This document shows positions 57,290 through 64,000 of a DNA stretch of 64,000 nt, piece after piece. The translations under genes and the position numbers were made by a program. The stretch covers positions 10,664,001 to 10,728,000 of the forward strand of contig CM022667.1 of NCBI GenBank assembly GCA_012295275.1, written 5' to 3'. How positions within the stretch are numbered: position 1 is the stretch's first letter; every line of letters begins with the position of its first letter. Source of the stretch: Chrysomallon squamiferum. Its lineage: Eukaryota; Animalia; Mollusca. The notes under the pieces were generated by a model. The model was not told the origin of the DNA. It worked only from the letters and a program-made list of their open reading frames with translations, and searched no databases.

Positions 57290-58194
57290 GAAGAGAGAGA
57301 GGAGAAAAAAGCGATAATCTAGTGGTATAATAAAAAATAAAATTATAATGACAAATAGGAGAGAAAGAGGGAAAAAAAATAAAAACAAAAAAAAGCAGTC
57401 ATATAGCAACAGGTAGACAGAAAAACTAAAAATGAAAAAAAGATCGAATGAATAAATGAATGAAAGTTTAATGACATCTCAGCACAATAAAACCAGATCG
57501 ATAACAGGTAAGAACAGGTAAGAACATTATTTTTAAAAAAAAAGATCATGTATAATAATAATAAAAAATATAAAAAAACTCTAGTTATTGGTACAGTTAC
57601 ACCAAATATGATGACGTCCCAACCCTGGCTGTTGTTGTGACCACATCATGCATGTTGTTGACACAAGAAAGAAGAGGGGGGGGCAGAAATAAGGTGAATA
57701 ACCAAAAAAATGTCATCTTGTCTGTTGTTCTTGTGGCTTTCCTCTGCATCCTGTACGAGGGAGGGAGCATGTGTACCTTGGCCCAGAGTCTTGTTAGCTT
57801 TAGGGAGGGGGGTATGGGGAGGAAGTCGCGAGAAATCATATTTCTCATGGGCTGCTCCCCTCGGAGAGTGTGGGAAAATCTATTGAGCAAACATCACGAT
57901 GGGGACGCGATTTCATGTGTATTGCTAACTTGCCAAAACGAGAGGATGATTTAAACCCCACGGTTATGCGAATGTCATCACTAATGCTAACATTATATTG
58001 TTCATGGGAGTGCGGTACAAATTGCTAAATATGGCTCCTTTGTGGTTTGTTTCAATATACATGTTTTTTTTTTTGAAAAAATGTTGTCACGTTTTTGTAA
58101 GCAGGGATTTTTCTTCTATGTTTTTTTTTTTTTTTTTTTTTTTTTTTCATGATGATCATGTGTTATCGGTAAATAATGGAATGAAAAAAGTAGA

Positions 58195-58297
<103 letters not shown>

Positions 58298-58564
58298 TTA
58301 TAGTTAGATTATGTATATGGACAATAGACAAACATTGATATACTGATAGACTGTCAGAAAAATGTTTGGTAGATATAGTCACATATATATATAAAATCAT
58401 AATTATAAAATGTAAATATAAATAATTACAAACAAATAACAGTTATGAAATAATACAATTTAAATGCAATACATTTTTTATTGTGCAAAATGAAATAATG
58501 AAATTTATTTTTACAAAATGAATCTATATATATAAAAAATAATAATAATAATAATAATAATAAT

Positions 58565-58604
<40 letters not shown>

Positions 58605-59103
58605 AATAACAACATAGTTTTAACACTTGACACAAAAGATTTATCGCTTTTTTCTTTCTCAACAATTTTGCTAAAAACAAAATCCTTTTTCCTTTTCTTC
58701 TTAAATCCATTCTTTTGCCCGACTCGTGTATCAAATTCATCAAGAAGATGAAAAATGGCTAACCTGTTTTATCGTAAAAGTCAACTGACAGTTTGTGCGT
58801 CAGTCGGTCGCGATGTATTACGTTTGTTCAACAAATATACAACAATTGAAAGGAGAATTATTTTCTGCTTTGTGTGTGGTTATTTCTAAGAAAAAGAAAG
58901 AAGAAAAAAAAAAAAGATACGAAACTGACACTGTTGTATTGCGAGACCACATTGCCAATACGTCATAATTCTAAACGCCAGAAGTACACACTATCACATT
59001 ATCCTTCATTTTATTTATTCTTTTTGTTTTGTTTTGTGTGTTTGGGTTCGGTTGTTTTTGTTGTGTTTTTTTTTTTTTTTTTTGTATTTTTCTCGTGGAA
59101 AAC

Positions 59104-59186
59104 TAAATTATCATAATTTATGACATCGAAAGGTTATTGTCACATACCCGGGCTTATTTCCCAAAGATAAATTATCATAATTTATG
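59104..59186. repeat. 19-bp direct repeat of a palindromic motif
   Basis: TAAATTATCATAATTTATG at 59104-59122 and 59168-59186. Confidence 0.85.
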
Positions 59187-60429
59187 TCACTGCTGTTTTA
59201 TTCCGCAATAAAACATACAAAGAGCGAAAGAGGATCTGATATCGCTAATGAATCTTTTGTCGCTATTGAGATTGTTTTGCGATATAAAGTGCCAGCGTTC
59301 CTTGAGACACGTTTACTTCTGTATACGTCCATATCGTATTAGATTAACATCTAGCCTCGACTAAGTATTATTAATATAAACAAATTTTAATAGGTAGCTT
59401 AACACAAAGCTGTAACGACCAGACAAAAGAAATGGGCACGGTCTATAAATCATTATGCCGTGAGATCGGACGCGTTCGTTTATTGGGTCCAGTTTTTAAA
59501 AAAAGAATACAAAGAGGTTTAAAGAAAAGCAGAAGAGATTTTTTTAAAATTGTGTTATTGTTTTCGAAATAGATGATAGTTTTGGAAACCAGCGTTGATT
59601 TTAAATTGAAGTAATTTACTTGATTAAACAACAATAATAATAATAATAATAATATATATATATATACATTACTCTATTTTTTTTTATAAAAAAATTTAAA
59701 ACAAAAATATTTGTGTTTTTTTTCAGAAACGTAGTTTTCATCATTAGTTTTATAACAGATCAATTTATTTTAATAAAAAGGATGTTTTTTTTTTTTTTTT
59801 TTAATTAAATTTTTTTAATTTCATTTTTATTTTTGTATAAATTATTTTAAAGGTTTAAAAAATAAAAATAAAAAATTGACTTTTTTAATTGTTGACATCA
59901 TAATAGTTTTGATACTTAATTGCAATTTTAAATTATGCAATTTATTTTTAACAAATACTTGTTGTTTGTTTGTTGTAAATTGAAAAAAAAAAAAAAAAAA
60001 AAATAATTGAAGCTAAAGTAATTTATCATAATAAAATAAAAATTAATTGAAAATCTGGTGCATACCTTTAAATAAGAACTTAAGACTACAGTTAAAAAAA
60101 TACAAATGGATGATTTGAATTTAAAAGAAATGTTAAGGAAGAATTTAAAAGTAAAATGAAATGGTAAAAATGTACTGAGGTATTTTAATAAATTAAAATA
60201 AATAATAATAATAAAATTTTTAAAAGAAATATTTAAAAAATGACTGTTAAGAAAATGGTTAACTGAAAATTCAATCTTTTTTTTTTCTTTATAACCATAT
60301 ATAAATCAAAGAACTGAACAATACACATCACCTTTTGCACAACTAAACAATATATTTAAAAAAAAAAAAAAAAATGTTTTATAGAAATCATCAATGTTTT
60401 ACATAACAATACATTTAACAGAAGAGGAC

Positions 60430-60800
60430 AATGGATTTTCATGAAATGAACAATATTTTAAATAAAATATCAACATATTTTATTGAAATGAGCAAATATA
60501 TGTAAATAAAAGTAATATAAATCATATTATCACACAAAATTTAAAAAAAAAAAAAATTGACAGAAAATAGCAATAAATTTAATTAAAATAAAAATATTTA
60601 AAAAATAAACTGTATTGTACTGAAATGAACATTTTATCAACATGAACAATATTGTTATGCATTTTTATATTTTACACACATCAGCAATAATACAAATGTA
60701 TTGAAATGTACCTTTTAATAAACACTTCATTTATTGTAATGTACAGTGTATTTTAATGAAATGATACCTTTATTAAAATGAACAATATATTTTATGCTAA
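60430..60800. repeat. Degenerate repeat with TGAAATGAACAATAT core
   Basis: About 7 variants between 60443 and 60790. Confidence 0.55.
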
Positions 60801-61488
60801 ATCAAGCACAGAAACGGACAAAGGAACATAGGTGAAGTCACCTGCGATTTACCTGATCAATTTACCTGGTTTGTTAATTGAGTTCAAAACAAATATTTTA
60901 CCTCAAATTTACTGTGGCCACCAGAATCAATAGATGGTGGGGTGAGGGGGGGGGTCATGATAATTTGAAATATAATTGTTTAAGATGTAAAGTGTGTGTC
61001 CTTTGTGTTTGGGAGTGCTGTTTGTTTTAGAACAAAATTAAAAAAAAAATAATAATAAATAAATAAATAATCCATGGTTGCTGTTTTATTTTATTTTATT
61101 TTTATTTTTACTTTATTTTCGGGGTTTTTTCTGCTGTGATTATTTAAATACAATAAAATAAAAGTTCTATTAGTTTATTTATTGTGGTGAGTAGTGATTT
61201 ATAAAAGGTGAACTGTTTCTGTGTGAATTTTGATTGTCTTTGAAAAGAGGATGATTAAGTGGTAATTTTATTTTATTTTAATTATTTATTTATTTTATTT
61301 TATTTTATTTTTTTTTATTTATTTATTTATCTTATTTTATTTCAATTTATGTATTTATTTGTTTATTAATTAATTAATTAATTTATTTAGTAAGGTGATA
61401 AAAATATACACATGCAAATTATCTATGAATACAATTCATTTTGTATTTGTTTATATCAATGTAAGTATTATGGATATACAAATATAAT

Positions 61489-61650
<162 letters not shown>

Positions 61651-61986
61651 TATCTCTACAAAGATCAAAAAATAAATTTCAAAGATATTTTTTCCGAAAC
61701 ATATTCTGCTCTTCGAGACCAGAACAAGTTTGTTATCAGCAAACGTAGAGATTCAAGTTGTTACAAATTGCCTGGAAACCTTTTATCAAACACTAAATGT
61801 ATTTTGCTTAGCAATATGACAGCAGTCATACATAAGCAGGCAACACCTGTACAGTATTTCTCAGAGTCCACCATTAAAAACAGAGGCTAATTTATTACTG
61901 CTCTTCCTTGTCAGAAGAAATAGCTTTTATCTATAAATGTATAATATATTGTCTTTGGGTAAGTATGGGCATTAATGTTGTATGTT

Positions 61987-62032
<46 letters not shown>

Positions 62033-62314
62033 CTTTCTTTCGTCTTACAGTTGTTGTGGGGATTATTAATTTTTGGCTTGCGTCTTTCTCTTTTATGTTT
62101 TCTCTGTTATTTATTTTATTTTATCTTTTTGTTGTTGTTGTATTTTTTGTTTGTTTGCTTTGTGTTATTTATTTATTTGTTTGTTTAATTATTTTAATGT
62201 CTTTTATTATGGTTGTGTTATTTGTTTGGTTGTTTTCTTTTTTTTTTTTTAATTTTGTGTAGTTTGTTGTAATCTGTATATTGTTTTAAACATTTCTCAT
62301 TTGCTACATATTAT

Positions 62315-62688
62315 CACCATCATCATCATCATTATATTATTTGTTCATCATTTTACACTTCTTTATCTTTATTATCATTTTCATCACCTCTTCATCTTCT
62401 TTATCATAATCATTTGCTGCTTTATTTTCTGCATCATCATTATTATTCTCATAATCATATCATCGTCACGTTCATCATGATCATTATAATCATGATTATC
62501 ATTAAATCATTAACTTTATCATGACTTACTTCATCATTATAATTATTAAATGCACATAACTATCATCATTAATATTAAACAGTATCATAATCATCATCAG
62601 CACTACCACCATAATCACCATCATTATCATCACCACCACCACCACCACAATCATCATCAGCTTTCTCTTTTTCTTCCTTTCTTCCTTC

Positions 62689-62777
<89 letters not shown>

Positions 62778-62810
62778 TCCCTCTCCCTCTCTTTATCTCT
62801 CTCTCTTCTT
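62315..62810. repeat. (CAT)n/(CAC)n degenerate tract followed by (CT)n
   Basis: Source of the poly-H/SLSL ORF 62550-62915. Confidence 0.9.
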
Positions 62811-63329
62811 TATTTTTTCCAGCCCTCACTCTGGCACTTCATTTCCATTTATTTTCTCACCATTTATTTTTCATTCAGCAAACTTTTCTTTCTTTTTGTT
62901 TTCTTTTTTTTTTGACAGGTGACAGTACCTTTATCTTTCTTGTAATCACTGGGATACAATGAATTTCACTCTTCCTGCACAAGTTCTCATCAAGACACGA
63001 GAGATTTCAGTTGGGTGTGGAACCGATTCCACTTATCCCAGGACAATTCCGATTCCTCTGTCTATAGTCTGACATTAAAACCCTTGGTCACTGCAGATAC
63101 TTTCAAAAGACTTTTGTTTTTCTCTTTGTCTGTTGTTATTAATTTTATCAGTCTGTGTATCCATGTGTCGCGTTTAACACAGGCTCACAGCTATTGGAGA
63201 TTAGATAGTCCAGTGAAATGATGAACGTGTGTTTAATACTGACCGTATTACATGGGGGGAAAAGTCTTAAACTAACTTATTTTATTAATTATTGTTTGTT
63301 GTAAATGGCAAGTTATTGTTAAATAATAA

Positions 63330-63700
63330 TTTTTTTTATCATTTAGGAATTCTTAAAATCTTGGTTTTTGTATAAATGATAAGGTTTTGTTAAAAAATAT
63401 TATATTATATGGGGATTTGTGATTATGAACTTATTATTTTATATCTGTTAACTATTATAAAAGAATATTATATGATTATTAAATGTTAACTGTATTATAT
63501 GGGAATTATTAAAGTCACTGTTTTATAAATATTTATTATAAATAATAAGGTATTGATAAATAAGAATTCTTAAACTTATTTATAATTGTTCTTTATTATA
63601 AATGATAATTTACTGTTAAATATTGATTGTATTTTTATGGGAATTCTTAATATCTTTGTTTTGTTATAAATTATAAGATATTTAATAATAATTTTATAAA
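63330..63700. repeat. Degenerate AT-rich repeat with (TATGG)GAATTCTTAA core
   Basis: Variants near 63346, 63408, 63498, 63563 and 63637. Confidence 0.5.
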
Positions 63701-64000
63701 ATGACGTTTCATAATTATCAATTAATTTATTATTTTCTAGTTGTTAATTATTATAAATTACTTCAACAAAACTTAACACATACAAAGATACATGCACACA
63801 TGTACAAAACCTATTCATAGACTGTTACAGATATACACACACACACTCACACATACACACATACATCATTCACATCACTATTATAACATAAACATGAACG
63901 AAGTCTAAAGAATTAATTCTGAAATGAGTAAAGCGTGCCAACAAACAAAACATTTCCTTCCTTCTTCCTTTCTTCCTTCGTTCCTTCATTCTTTCCTCTT

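Overview
This is very AT-rich eukaryotic (animal) genomic DNA. It alternates between long simple-sequence tracts [(AG)n/(CT)n, (CA)n/(TG)n, (AAT)n, (CAT)n, (TTTA)n, poly-A/T] and short islands (about 0.2-0.8 kb) of complex, often CpG-retaining sequence. The style resembles microsatellite-rich invertebrate genomes such as molluscs/cephalopods or crustaceans, but the taxon cannot be fixed from the sequence. No recognisable protein-coding gene, rRNA, intact tRNA, CRISPR array or autonomous transposon is visible. Nearly all ORFs in the track are translations of microsatellites. The window is best read as a large intron or gene desert, probably a cis-regulatory landscape, with islands rich in TGACA(G), TAATTA, CAGGTG/CAGGTA and YY1-type motifs. 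The most concrete unexplained structures are: (i) a roughly 210-bp unique sequence plus its CT/AG tract present as an inverted copy about 10 kb away (7844-8160 vs 18126-18362); (ii) a recurring CGATGATGT motif forming local inverted pairs in two islands 25 kb apart; (iii) a CpG-rich, promoter-like island at about 44.3-44.9 kb with a TATA box, two YY1 sites and a short ATG-to-donor segment. All motif counts and alignments were made by eye. I do not see a convincing novel multi-gene system.
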